A stretch of 64,000 bases of DNA, from positions 101,928,001 through 101,992,000 of the forward strand of contig NC_059431.1 of NCBI RefSeq assembly GCF_021028975.2. The letters run 5' to 3'. The stretch is from Sphaerodactylus townsendi. Its lineage: Eukaryota. The notes beneath the pieces were generated by a model, which did not search any database, had not been told where the DNA came from, and worked only from the letters and a program-made list of their open reading frames with translations. Shown in pieces: positions 25,914 to 38,320 of this stretch (positions are counted from its first letter, which is position 1; each line of letters starts with the position of its first letter). Made by a program: the position numbers and the translations under genes.

Positions 25914-26182
25914 NNNNNNNNNNNNNNNNNNNNNNNNNNNNNNNNNNNNNNNNNNNNNNNNNNNNNNNNNNNNNNNNNNNNNNNNNNNNNNNNNNNNNNN
26001 NNNNNNNNNNNNNNNNNNNNNNNNNNNNNNNNNNNNNNNNNNNNNNNNNNNNNNNNNNNNNNNNNNNNNNNNNNNNNNNNNNNNNNNNNNNNNNNNNNNN
26101 NNNNNNNNNNNNNNNNNNNNNNNNNNNNNNNNNNNNNNNNNNNNNNNNNNNNNNNNNNNNNNNNNNNNNNNNNNNNNNNNNN
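25914..26182. other. Assembly gap
   Basis: Run of N. Confidence 1.
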
Positions 26183-26196
26183 TGGAATCGAATCAC

Positions 26197-26603
26197 TGGG
26201 GTGCTGTGTGGTTTCCGGGCTGTATGGCCGTGTTCTAGCAGCATTCTCTCCGGATGTTTCGCCTGCATCTGTGGCTGGCATCTTCAGAGGATCTGATAAT
26301 AGGAAAGCAAGTGGAGTATATATACCTGTAGGAGTGTCCAGGGTGGGGGAAAGAACCATTGTCTATTAACAAGTAAAAGCTGAAATTAGCAAACTAGATT
26401 TACATGTGTTGAGTGGGATCCACCCATGGGTTAACAGACAATGGTTCTTTCCCCCACCCTGGACACTCCAACAGGTATATATACTCCACTTGCTTTCCCA
26501 CTTTCAGATCCTCTGAAGATGCCAGCCACAGATGCAGGCGAAGCGTCAGGAGAGAATGCTGCTAGAACACGGCCACACAGTCCGGAAACCACACAGCACC
26601 CCA
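26197..26603. mobile_element. Penelope-like inverted pseudo-LTR pair (arms 26197-26370 and 26430-26603)
   Basis: About 174-bp near-perfect inverted repeat containing TATATATAC and a hammerhead-like CTGAAGA..GAAAC core. Confidence 0.8.
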
Positions 26604-26833
26604 CTGAAATATTACTCTTATTGAGCAGCTTGTAACGTGAGCAGACAAGATCTGAATTTCACCTTCTGATCTGCTGTCATTCGAGGTTGTGCAGAAAATA
26701 AAAAGCAATATGAAAAGTAATTATTTTCATCTTTGTAAAAAAAAAACAACCCACGTGGGGCAGCAAGTAACTGATTCCTGGAAAGACTTTGACTGAACAG
26801 CCTTTCCTTTATTTTTGTCCCTTATTTGCGAAG

Positions 26834-26926
26834 ATGTTTTCTGCAGCCTTGACGCCACCTTGAAGAAGAAGCCAGGTGTCTTGATGAAAGTGACCTCTGG
26901 CATTGATCGGTCGCTCTTTCTAAAAC
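26834..26926 (+). CDS. TRIM14: TRIM14 exon 5 (DVFCSLDATLKKKPGVLMKVTSGIDRSLFLK)
   Basis: Pyrimidine tract and gaag acceptor, C|gtatgt donor; 93 nt, phase 1-1; similar to recalled human KPGTLLKTSPSPERSLLLK. Confidence 0.85.
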
Positions 26927-28021
26927 GTATGTAAAAGCTAGTGAAACTCGATGCTTGCTTCCCCCATTTTGCCAAACCTGGTCACAAACTCAGTGTTTCA
27001 TTGTGCCTCTTGGGCAGTTCTGGAACATGTTAGTTTTGAAATACAAAGTGTACAGTATTTGAGATCATTCTCCTTTTGGAAGGTGGAACGGGTGGAAAAA
27101 GGTAAGGTATTTATCTGTTAGTTGGATTGTCTGGGCTCTGTAGCAGCAACGAGTGACTTCAACAATTCACTGAATAGGCAGAAACTTTCATCTTTTTCGT
27201 TGGTGCCCCGCCTGTTGCCATAACAACGTATAATAATAAAATAGTGATGTTGTCGCATTCGAAGCCAACCATTGTATTATTAAATAGGGTCATGGAACTA
27301 GGCCTCTGAGGAGAGTGGGGAGAATAGAAAATTGGGGATTGCAAACCCACCCCTGAAATTCCCCCCTTTGGGTAGGGTTGTCTGGCTGGGAGATGGCCGG
27401 ATATGGGTACTTACTGTGGGGGTGGGGGGCATGATCTTTGTCACTAAGCAGTAACATTGCTTCTAAGCACAAAATTGTGCTGCCCCTCCCGTTTTCCAGC
27501 CTACTTCCACCTGACCAGATGAGTGTCAGCAGGTATTGTCAACAATTACCTTCTTTGGTAGCAAAGAAAGAAAGAACGAAGAACAGAGAATAAGGATAAT
27601 TGCTGAAGTGTGCGTGAAAAGTGCTGGGAAGGGAGCCCACTTCTTTCTTTAGGGGCCAGGATGTGGAGGGTGGCGCTCACCCGCTCCACATTTTTGGGAG
27701 GGCAAGCGAAATTGGGGGCAGATGCAGCAGGTCCGGGTATGTCCGCCATTAGTGGGTACCTGGTAAGTCTACTCTCAGATTTTCTGTGAATGCCTGGGCA
27801 GGCTGGGTTCCTTTTTTCCTTCAACATGACACTCAGCTGCCCACAACATTCTGTGCTTGTAGATCCTGTTTAGATGTTTTTTTCCCTTTATGATTACCTT
27901 ACAAAATCCTTTTTTTTTGCTTACCTGGGGAGTTCACCCACATATATATGGGGGTACCTACTTTATCTGTGGGTGCCTTGTGTCTTTTGTTACCCATATG
28001 ATGAGCAGACACAGTGGAGAA

Positions 28022-28385
28022 AGCCATTTATTTATTTATTATTGAGTTTTATATACCGCCCTACCCCCGAAGGGTTCTGGGCGGTGAGCAACATAAATAA
28101 ATAACATATACAATTAAAAGCCCATTAAAATAAACACAGCGGTCAATATAATAAAACGGCGTCAGCAATAAAACCCTTATTAGAAACCCTCCCAAGGAGG
28201 GGAGGAAAAGGGTCCCATAGATGGTAAGGAACCCCGAACACAGGAGAATAAATTGGGGGCACTTATCAGCGGCTGGACACTCCAAAAGCCCGGTGGAACA
28301 GCTCCGTCTTACAGGCCCTGCAGAACTCGCCAAGATCCCACAGGACCTGGACAGCTGGAGGAAGAGTGTTCCACCAGGCAGGGGA
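28022..28385 (-). mobile_element. L2 LINE 3' fragment
   Basis: Reverse-complement homology to 18618-19060; (ATTT)n tail on the plus strand. Confidence 0.75.
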
Positions 28386-28603
28386 GATGGTGTGGACGGG
28401 AACCTGCTCCTTGACACTGGGTAATTAGAACTCATTGCATAATTCCATATCTTCACCTCCGTAGCCCAATCTTGGATTGTGTTTCTTGGCAACTCTGGAA
28501 GATGCAAAGATATTGGGCACAGGCTTTGATTAGATAAATAATTTCAAGTTCTGCAGCGCAGTCATTTATGCAATGGTTTATAAAGGAACATATGCTCTTA
28601 TGT

Positions 28604-29065
28604 CAGTGATGGCGAACCTTCTTGAGACCGAGTGCCCAAATTGCAACCCAAACCCCACTTATTTATCGCAAGGTGCCAACCCGGCAATGTAACCTGAATG
28701 CTGAGGTTTTAGTTTAGAAAACAACAGTTGGCTCCCTCTTCCTCCACCCCACCTGCTCGAGCAGGGGCCAGCCTGCTGTAGCCTCCAGCAAGTCCCACGC
28801 GCACCGCTCTGTGCTTCTCTAGCATCTCTGCCTCCTCTGCGCCCCCCCCTCCTCGGGCAGCAGCCACCTGGAGCACAGGCACCAGGCCTGCCAGCCGAGT
28901 CCTCCCTGCTCACCGCAGCGCGCGCACAGAGGCCCAGGCCACCCTAGATGTGTGTGTGGGGGGTGATTTTCCGCCCCCCACATGACGAACTCTGTGTGCG
29001 CATGCCCCATAGAGAGGGCTCTGAGTGCCACCTCTGGCACCCATTCCATAGGTTTGCCACCACTG
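28604..29065 (+). mobile_element. Non-autonomous hAT, family shared with 33168 and 55825
   Basis: TIR CAGTGATGGCGAACC/GGTTTGCCACCACTG; near-TSD CTCTTATGT/CTCTATGT. Confidence 0.85.
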
Positions 29066-29174
29066 CTCTATGTAGTGGTTGATGGAGGAGCATATGCTTT
29101 AAATTTCAGCAAGAAGGGAGCAGAGAAAGAGGGAGGAGGAACAAAGGTTAACTCTGCTTAGGCTCGAGCTAGAT

Positions 29175-29611
29175 CAGGGGTTGGGAACCTGCGGCTCAAG
29201 AGCTGCATGCGGCTCTTCTGCCCTTGCACTGCGGCTCCACGAGCCGCCGGCGCCATCCTTGCCCACCCTGCAGGCAGTAGGGCGGGCGCACCAACTGCCC
29301 GCAGTCGGCTGGGCCGCGCCGCGGGCTTCCCCTCTCGCCCTCCCCGTTCGAGCGGGGTGGGCGCTTTCCCGGCGGCCGGCAAGGCCGAGCTGCTGGCCCC
29401 ATCCTTGCCCGCCCTGCAGGCAGCAGGGCGGACGCATCCATGCGCTTCTCAGAATGAGCGGAGTAAAAGGTTAAACACCCCCCCCCCCCCGATATATATA
29501 GTGTTATCTTAATTTTAAATGTCAAAAATTATTTGCGGCTCCAAGTGTTTTCTTTTCCCATGGAAAACGGGTCCAAATGGCTCTTTGAGTGTTAAAGGTT
29601 CCCTACCCCTG
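29175..29611 (-). mobile_element. GC-rich non-autonomous hAT element, copy B (inverted relative to 22155)
   Basis: Perfect TSD AGCTAGAT; TIR CAGGGGTTGGGAACCT/AGGTTCCCTACCCCTG. Confidence 0.9.
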
Positions 29612-30919
29612 AGCTAGATGTACCATTGAGAGATGTATGAACAAACCTTCCACAGGAAGTTAGGAGATATTTGGACTGGACCCATGACTAAGGGCAGTAG
29701 TGTTTTTTATATCTTCACATGCACGCGTGCTCACACACACATGTACATGTACACCATTTTCCCAATTTTCATTGCCCCCTGCACCCCCAGGCTCTCTTGC
29801 CCTGCTCAGGAAAACATAAAGCATCTTCTGATCTTCTGACCAACACCTGTGCCAGGTATGCATTATACATATCTGTAATTAATGTGCCTGGTCACACTTT
29901 GCAGAGGGGGGAGTCAGCCTGTACACTTGTAGTGATGCCTTCACCACAGGCGAGCCAGAAAACTCACATGCTGGAGAGAAAATCGGCACCTAGTAGGGTG
30001 AATGAGGACCACTGGTCCGTTCCACTCCTGTGTTAGACAAATGTAATAAGTAAGACTGAAAATGTATTTCCTTGCATGAAGTCAGTATCTTGTCTGCCAG
30101 TCTTTTATAGATCAAACACAAATGTCAATACATGGGCATTATTGGGAAACAACACAAAACAAATCAGGAGTCTGTGTGACCAGCTTTTCAGAGCTCTCTC
30201 AGCTCCACCCACCTCACAGGGTGCTTGTTGTGAGGGGGGAAGGGCAAGGAGATTGTAAGCCCCTTTGAGTCTCCTACAGGAGAGAAAGGGGGGGATATAA
30301 ATCCAAACTCTTCTTCTTCTCTTCTTCAGGTTCAATTGTGTTGTCCTGAGGACACAGAATTGTTCAAGCAGATCTTTGAACCCTTGTCAAAATATTTACG
30401 CTTGGGAAGTGAGGGCAGAATTTGGTAGGAGATCAGTAGTTCCTCTCTAATCCTTCCCCAGTGCTGCATGGAACTTTCCAGATGATGCAGGGAACGGAGC
30501 CACTGGGGAGAGTTCCCTCTGTCGGGTAGCCCCTTGTGGCCACACGCCTTAGCAGCTTACAGGGAACGTTGAAGAAGACACAGGGCTGCTGCTTAAAATG
30601 GCATCCTTGTGTATCCTTCTCTCCCTTTTGCCTTGTAAAATTCACCACATGACTTATCATGGCGTTTCCCCAGTGCTTTCTGGATGTTGTTGTCTGTGGC
30701 TCACAGCAAATGCACATCGTGATGTCATGTCACTCAGAGGGCTTCACGCCAGGGTGACCAGAAAAAAACACATGGAGATGCTGATTTTCAGCGGCAGCCC
30801 TGTGTCTTCTTGCGTGGAAGTTTCACCTCTGTGCTGCCTCTTAAAAGCCTGCTCTTCCCAGTGCTTGATTTGCTTCTTTTCCCGGGACAAGTAGTCTGTG
30901 AATGTTTTTTCCCCTACAG

Positions 30920-31455
30920 ATGCAAGAACCCCCACATTGGCGTTCGATAGTTTGCACCCCAGACTGACGTTGTCTGAGGATCTTCTTTCAGTAAGCTACT
31001 CCTGGAGGTGGAAGTTTTATGCCTCAAGTCCACAGAGGTTTGACAACCTGTGGCAAGTTCTGAGCAGAGATTCTTTCTATGCTGGGAGCCATTACTGGGA
31101 AGTGGATTTGGTCCAAGCTGGCCAAGGATGGTGGATTGGGGCCGCTTACTCTTCCCTCAAGAGAAAAGGCAACTCTGAACTTTGCCGGCTGGGATGGAAC
31201 CGAGAGTCCTGGTGTATCAAAAGGTTTGATTTTGAGTACTGGGCATTCCACAATGGGGAGAAAATCCCAGTCCGCACAGAAGATGATCCTGAACGGATTG
31301 GAGTGTTTTTGGATTATGAAGCTGGGCTCCTGTCTTTCTACAACGTCACAGTCGGGATGGCACACCTGCATACCTTCCGCTCCAAGTTCACTGAACCCGT
31401 TTACCCAGCTCTGAGATTGTGGGAAGGGACTATCACAATCCGTACGCTAACCTGA
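30920..31455 (+). CDS. TRIM14: TRIM14 exon 6, PRY-SPRY (B30.2) domain; total CDS 1506 nt, 501 aa
   Basis: ctacag acceptor; [34 protein letters not shown] and YPALRLWEG motifs; TGA at 31453-31455. Confidence 0.96.
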
Positions 31456-33167
31456 GTGTCGATGGTGCCTTATCATGAAACAATTTCATGTTTTTAATCA
31501 GGATTCTTTGACTACTGCACTGAGCACTTAGGGTGTTGAACATGAGAAAATTGGGCAACATCCATTTGATAATATGATCCTGTATCACTTCTTGGATAAG
31601 CAAGATATCCCTGAAAGATTGCAGAATTTTCTTGGGGGGGGGGGGGGTTTGCAGTGGCGTACCACTAATGGGAACATGGAGTATCCCATGTCTCCGGGTG
31701 CACACCTTTTTGTCATGTGAGGGGGTGCTGGGTTGCCTTCTGCCAAGCCCTGCCCCCCTCTTGGCCTCCCTTCAGGTTGGGTTCTGTACCGGCCTGCAGG
31801 GAGGCCAGGGCTCAGCGGCAGGTGGCCACAGCTTCTGCCTGGGCTGCCCGTTGCAGTGCTCCACTCTTCCGGCCAGCTTTTGCCCTCCCCAGGCCCTGGG
31901 GAAAGCAGGAACTGGCCTCCAGAGAGGCCGGGGACACGGCGCTGTGGCGGGTGACCCTGTGGCGCCCATCTGAGCTGCCTCCAAGCCCCGCCCTCCCCCA
32001 GGGTTGTGTATATGATGGTTGCATTGCAAGCACAGAATCTGGTTTTGATACTGAAGAGTCCCAGCCTCCTAAGACCATAACTTTCTTTTCTGCAAAACGA
32101 GCTACTGGCCCTAGAACACACAACGGTGAGGTCGATGGCAGTGGAAGATTCACAAAAAGCCAACCAAATGTGGTTTTGCGCCCACCAGGTGGTCTCAGTT
32201 TATCACCACAACTATGTCCATTCAGAATTGTTGATTTCTTTGGAAGTTTTTATATTCAGATCTCCTCCAGACTGTGACGATTTTGCAAGATATTTTGCAG
32301 ATAAAATGGCTTGTATTCATTCTAGCTTCAGCTGCACCTTCAGCGCATCTGTCAACACTCCTGAGGTCCCATTTCGATGGATATTTTTCAGCTTGTTTTG
32401 TCCAAGAATATGTGCAGAGTCCTCTCCTGAGAGAGAGAACACCATTTGTTCTCAGTGGTAACTGAAAACTGTGAGGGAAAGGGTGACTATAGATGGGTTC
32501 TGTGGATCAGTAATGCTTTTTCATGGGGGGAGGGGTCCTCTTCCAACATTCTGTGTGGTTTTGGGGTTAAAGCATCTGGCTGCCCATACAGGTTCAGATG
32601 TGTCCTCAGCCATGAAACTCAGTGGATGACCATGGGCCACTCATACTCACTCTCTGCCGAACCTAAAATGAGACACTCCCTTTGGGATCTAAGTCCCTCC
32701 CACCTGTGTAAGATCATCTGTTCCCAGCAAAACACTCAAGAGTTAAGGTGGCATAACTTCAGGGTATTCAGCATGAAACTGATGTAGATTTTCACTCTGG
32801 TATCTGCCTAGGTTACAAGGCAGCAATCTCACCCAAGGACTTGGCTGAGGTTGGTATTCATTAATGGCAGACACCCATTGCTGCCCCTTCCCTGAGAGTG
32901 CAGTTACAACCAACTAGAATGATCACAAAGAATGATCAGCATTTGAGCCATTAAGCTGTATTAACAGTGTATTTTAAATGCTTTCAAACGTTTGCTTGAT
33001 TTAACAAAATGATTGTCTTGAAGGTGGGGCGGGGGGGGAGAAGAAATCTGGTCTCTTAATCCTTCCTGCTATATTTGTATTCAATTGTTTAGGGAGGGGT
33101 TTGCTGCATGTTGGTTCTGTGCTGAGAAAGCGAGTCCCAAATCTCAGTTGTAATGGAGAGGCTATAA

Positions 33168-33670
33168 CAGTGATGGCGAACCTTTTTGAGGCCGAGTGCC
33201 CAAATTGCAACCCAAAACCCACTTATTTATCGCAAAGTGCCAACGTGGCAATTTAACCTGAATACTGAGGTTTTAGTTTAGAAAAAAAGGTTGGCTCCGA
33301 GGCGTATGTTACTCGGGAGTAAGCTTGGTGGTAGTCAGTGACTTTGCTTTGAAGCAACTGTGCAACTCTTCCAATGGGTGAATCACGACCCTAGGAGGGT
33401 TTACTCAGAAGCAAGCCCTATTGCCGAGCTTACTCCCAGGTAAAGGATCGTGCTTTAGTTCTTCGCATGAAAATCAGTGGGGTTTAACAGCGCTTGACAG
33501 GGTTACCTACACTCTTTCCCCAAAACTAGGTCTTAGGTTTAATGCTAATAATCGAGCCCAGCGGCCCAGGCCAGCCTAGATGTGTGTGTGGGGGGCTCTG
33601 TTTGCGCGTGCCCACAGAGAGGACTCTGAGTGCCACCTCTGGCACCCGTGCCATAGGTTCGCCACCACTG
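33168..33670 (+). mobile_element. Non-autonomous hAT
   Basis: TIR CAGTGATGGCGAACC; perfect TSD GGCTATAA. Confidence 0.9.
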
Positions 33671-35732
33671 GGCTATAAGATGGGGCAAACAACCCCAGCA
33701 ACTTCCCTGCAACAGGATGACTTCCAGGCACTTTGTAATTCTCTGTCTTGGTATAATGATTCACTGCTGGAGGGCGGTAACTGGGGATTTGCCCTACGCT
33801 TAGTCACAAATGTGCAAAGCAGCTCTTAATTTCCAGGAACGGAGAAAAGGATTGTGGGAAAGACGGGTGCTACAGTCACAGAACTCCACTTTGGCCAGTC
33901 ATAGCAGGGATAAGGCACATAATCCGAAATGATTCTCTGTGGAACATGCAAGACCATTTCTGCACACTGGAGTTACCCCTGCTTTTCTTGGGAGTCGATC
34001 CACAATCATTAGAGTCGGTTTGGGCAGGGTTCTTCCACACATCTGCCTCCCTGTGCATTTTTACCGTTGGAAGTCAGTTTATTTTCTTCGGCACATGGCT
34101 TAAATAATGAGGATTTTCAAAGGAGGGTGCTGTTGTCGACAGGATCACTGGTGGTGTCAGAGTACTCCCCCCTTTTTATTAAAGGCCCCCAAATAGCAAT
34201 ATAACGCTACAGCGTTTCAATAGCTTAAGCAGGTTCTCGAAATGCCCAGCTTTCACTTTTTTAAAGAAGTAAGTCTCTAAGCTAGGACTTTCTCTCATGG
34301 AGATATAAAGTAAAAGGCCTATTTCTGTGAGGGTTGGAGCTAGACTTAAAAAAAGAGAAAGAAAGCCAGGAATTCAGAGAACTAAAGCTATCGTTGTAGC
34401 TCTCTGGCATCGTAACATGACTTTGGGCCCTTTAAAAAAAATTGAAATCACTCGTGAGGTTTAATGATGCCAGCAGCCCAGTCATTGAAAAGCAGGCTGG
34501 ACAAAGCAAATTGATAGATTAGAAGAACTACGTGCTAGGAAAGAGCTGGCTCCAAATCAGGTTCCATGACAATATCTCGATAAAAGTGGTCACAGAAGAA
34601 AGTGTGTGTGTGTGTGTGTGAAAATTAAAAGCACAAAAAAGCATGTGGAAATCAGGGAATTAACCAAAACAGTACAGAGCTCGGGGGGGATGCATAAAAG
34701 CCCACAGACTTCAACAAGGAGCTGTTTTTAGGAGAATTCTTGAAAAGTGCTGCTTTTTCTAGTTTTCCTTTGCTAGGTGATCCAGCTCTGCACACTGCTC
34801 CAGACCATCACACTTGCCTCAGTAGTACATAGAACGATTACACAGCAGTTAGAAAAACCAGGGTAGAAATCACTGTCCCTATAAAGGTGGCCAGTGGGAT
34901 CTTTTCTATCCTGAGGACTTCTACAAAGTTGTTTTGAATCGCAGTGCCACAACTTCAGCAAACCACAATGTCTTAGTTAAAACACAAGAAACCCAGGTCA
35001 AGATTCCGACTATCCATTTCTACTGTGAAACGTGTCATTTCCCTAGGGCAGGGCTCAGAGACTGAAGACAGAGACAGCTGCATCTGATGACTTTTATTGA
35101 AAATCGATTTTGTTTTTTTAAAAAATCCACCAACAATTATTTTTAAGGCAGAAGTATTACATAATAGCAAACAATCAGTTATGTGATCCAACGGCTGGAA
35201 GAAGGAGTATTGTAGAATCTGATTTTTTCCAGAGGAAGGGTTGAAGTAGAAGCTCCCTGGCATGGCCTTGCCAGTGGTGGCCCACTGCCACCATTTTTCA
35301 TGGGCTGGTGGCAGTCCCAAATCCCTTCTCTGGTTACTTAAGTAACCAATATAAACCTTGCAGTGAGTTCAGTCCACATGCCTAACAGATTCCAGCCTTG
35401 ACCCTATCCCTCCCCTCAGCAAAACATGAAGGCTTCATCCACCCTAAGTAGTTCCTTAAGACTTCAAGAGGGCTTCTGACTTGCCAAGTAGAATGGAAGA
35501 GTGCAGACCCAACAGCATACAAACTCAGTTACATATCTCAAGTGGTGATAAACTTCCGATGAACTAGTACAATGAACTGTGTAGCCATTTAGAAGCATAT
35601 TCTATTTCCCCCCTCATCTGATGGGAAGAAGAACTGAAAGCAGTAGATTGGGCACAGTTATTCAACAGCAGGACAGCTGCTCGTGTATTCCAGCTGGCAC
35701 ATCAAACATTCGCTAGTCCTGAATTCTCAGTA

Positions 35733-36029
35733 AAAGAAAAGTTTGGATTTTATACCCCACCTTTCTCTCCTGTAAGGAGACTCAAGGTGGCTTACAAGCT
35801 CCTTTCCCTTCCTCTCCCCACAACGGACACCTTGTGAGGGAGGTGGGGCTGAGAGAGTTCCGAAGAACTGTGACTAGCCCAAGGTCACCCAGCAGGAATG
35901 TAGGAGTGTGGAAACACATCCGGTTCACCAGGTAAGCCTCTGCCACTCAGGTGGAGGAGTGGGGAATCAAACCCGGTTCCCCAGATTAGAATCCACCTGC
36001 TGTTAACCACTACAGCATGCTGGCTCTCT
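35733..36029 (-). mobile_element. Squam3-like SINE, possibly within the NANS 3' UTR
   Basis: Family motifs over the full length. Confidence 0.8.
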
Positions 36030-36414
36030 AAATGGGGGAAGCAGAGCACAGAATGGCCTTCATAAATACAAAACGCTCCACTACAATCAACATTCATGAT
36101 TGCCGCTCATCTTGCCCCTGCAGAGATATCTTCTTGAAAGCTCCACTTTGCCCTTTGGAAAACTCCCTCTGGAAATACTTTAACCAGGAACTTCAGCAAG
36201 AAGTCTGAAGATCATAAACATGTACTATACTGCCCAGTTTCTATTAGAATCCCAGGTGCAAATGATAAGAGGTGTTGGCCTTGCAGTTTTGTTCACCTAA
36301 AACAAGAACCCCTGTGAGATCTGCATCCCCTCCACCCTTCGCTCAATCCTTCAAACGCACAATTCTGTGATATTACCAAGGCGGTATCTGCAAATCATAC
36401 AGAAACTCTTGCAT

Positions 36415-36624
36415 TTAACATTTCACCTTCTTCACGTGATTTTCAATTGCATCTTCAATGATAGTTTCATCTTCATCAATGTTGATCTTGACCTTCTTGC
36501 CCTTTAAGTCATAGATATCTTCTGGGGGATATCCTTTGGGTTCAGCCACCTTGACTGTTAGCATGTCCAGGGTCAGTGTGGTGCCTTTGGGGATCCTTAC
36601 TTTGGCAACAACAGATTTTCCCAA
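36415..36624 (-). CDS. NANS: NANS exon 6, C-terminal antifreeze-like (SAF) domain
   Basis: gtag acceptor; LGKSVVAKVRIPKGT...HVKKVKC then TAA; 210 nt. Confidence 0.95.
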   Translation of the reverse strand: MGKSVVAKVRIPKGTTLTLDMLTVKVAEPKGYPPEDIYDLKGKKVKINIDEDETIIEDAIENHVKKVKC

Positions 36625-37596
36625 CTACAGAAAGACAAATGGGATCAACAAGTCATGGGCTTGTAAACCTGTGGTATGTGCTGCATAAAAGATGGGGCAG
36701 TAGTATCGTTGCAGGAAGAGGTCTGTGTTTGGTATACAGGCAAGACTGTACTTCCGACTGCTTCTCTTATACTATGTTGCTACTTGCTTAGGGGGTCTAG
36801 GTACAATACCATACCTAAAGCAGGTCTGCAGAAGCAATGTACTGTCCAATAGAGTGGCAATATCTAGTCGTTTATACTTCTGTACAACTCCCAAAGAGAT
36901 GGCGACACCATGTTAGGTCAATGATCAAAGTTGCGTCAGCCAACTTTGATCACTGAAGAGCCACAACTATGTCAAAGTTCAGAACAAGAGATCAAAGAGT
37001 CAGCGTAAGAGAGACCACTTGCACAATTGAAAATATACAGGTCTTTACGTTATTGATCTTTTTAACATGCTGATTAAGCTCTAAGGCTTCTGTAGCCCAA
37101 ACGCTGCATTACTTTCAAGTTTCTGCACTACTTTCAATTTAGTAACAATCACCTGGAATGAGATGTGTGGTTTGATTTAAATATAACCTGCTAATTGACA
37201 GAAGTAGTAACTAATGTTGTTTAATTGGTTGAGAGCCTCAACAAAACTGCAGTTGATTTATCCGCCAGTCCAGCTAATAACAAGATTATGGGTTAGATCC
37301 ATCTGCTTGTACCACTGCTAGAAAAGGGAGGACCTTTGACCATCCAAAACAGCTGCTATGCTGGGGATCATGCATCCCACACTGACAAATGCAATACAGG
37401 ACACAGACTGTAGTGAGAAGACAGGGGGGCAGGGTGGAGAATAGCTGGATCCAACCCTATATACATTAGCAAGCATATGCTAGATGACAACCCCAGTTGC
37501 CTTGTAGTGATCTTGGCATGCAAAGGCCATTAACCAAGACAGAAGCAGAACTTGCTCTGTGATAGGTGGTTTTGGAAACAACTCAGGAATAGTTAC

Positions 37597-37863
37597 CTTT
37601 TCATTGCACGCTATTTCACAGGACAAGAGCTGCTTGCTGGGAGACCCCATGGCCTTCTCCACCATCCGGATACTTTTCACCAGTTCTGCCAACTCGTTTG
37701 GCTCCAGAGATGCTTGATGGTCACTTCCTTTCCATGTCTTGTCCAGTGTGATGTGACGCTCCAATACTTTGGCCCCCATAGCAACTGCTGCAACAGAAAT
37801 GGCTATCCCAGTCTCATGACCAGAATAGCCAATTGGAATATCTGGGAATGCAGATCTGTATGC
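37597..37863 (-). CDS. NANS: NANS exon 5
   Basis: FPDIPIGYSGHETG...ERHITLDKTWKGSDH...CNEK|gtaact; 267 nt. Confidence 0.96.
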
Positions 37864-37945
37864 CTAGGGGGAAGGAAAACCTAATGTAAAAGTTGCTTGC
37901 ATACGCCATTTTTAAGGTAACAGGAAACAGTATACTTGTGTTATA

Positions 37946-38199
37946 CCGTGTTTCCCCGAAAATAAGACAGTGCCTTATATTAATTTTTGCTCCCAAAGAC
38001 ACGCTATGTCTTATTTTCAGGGGATGTCTTATTTTTCCGCTCCACAACTGCATGCTCTGGTGTTCTGTTTCGACGGGCATGCTTCCAAACAAAAACTTTG
38101 CTACGTCTTACTTTCGGGGGATGCTTTATATTTAGCACTTCAGCAAAACCTCTACTATGTCTTATTCTCAGGAGATGTCTTATTTTCGGGGAAACAAGG
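37946..38199. mobile_element. TcMar (Tc2-like) MITE
   Basis: TA flanks; same TIR and body as the copy at 23088. Confidence 0.8.
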
Positions 38200-38244
38200 T
38201 AACAAACAAGTTGCCTGTGACATAATCCAGCAGGTTTTAAGGGC

Positions 38245-38320
38245 GCTTAAGGCCTAAATATCAGCAGGCTTAAGGCCTAAATATCAGCAGGCTTAAGGCC
38301 TAAATATCAACAGGCTTAAG
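38245..38320. repeat. 23-bp tandem repeat x3.3 (GCTTAAGGCCTAAATATCAGCAG)
   Basis: Read directly from the sequence. Confidence 0.9.

Noticed and set aside
25687-26359. ORFs containing X runs (also at 10394-10755)
   Set aside because: Artefacts of translating through N gaps
22248-29525. Similar Ala/Gly/Arg-rich ORFs at 22.3 kb and 29.2 kb, and similar ORFs at 23.1 kb and 37.9 kb
   Set aside because: Translations of repeated non-autonomous transposon copies, not paralogous genes
36415-36624. Type III antifreeze-like protein
   Set aside because: This is the normal C-terminal SAF domain exon of NANS
38245-38320. Short regularly repeated units resembling a CRISPR array
   Set aside because: No spacers; simple minisatellite in a vertebrate intron
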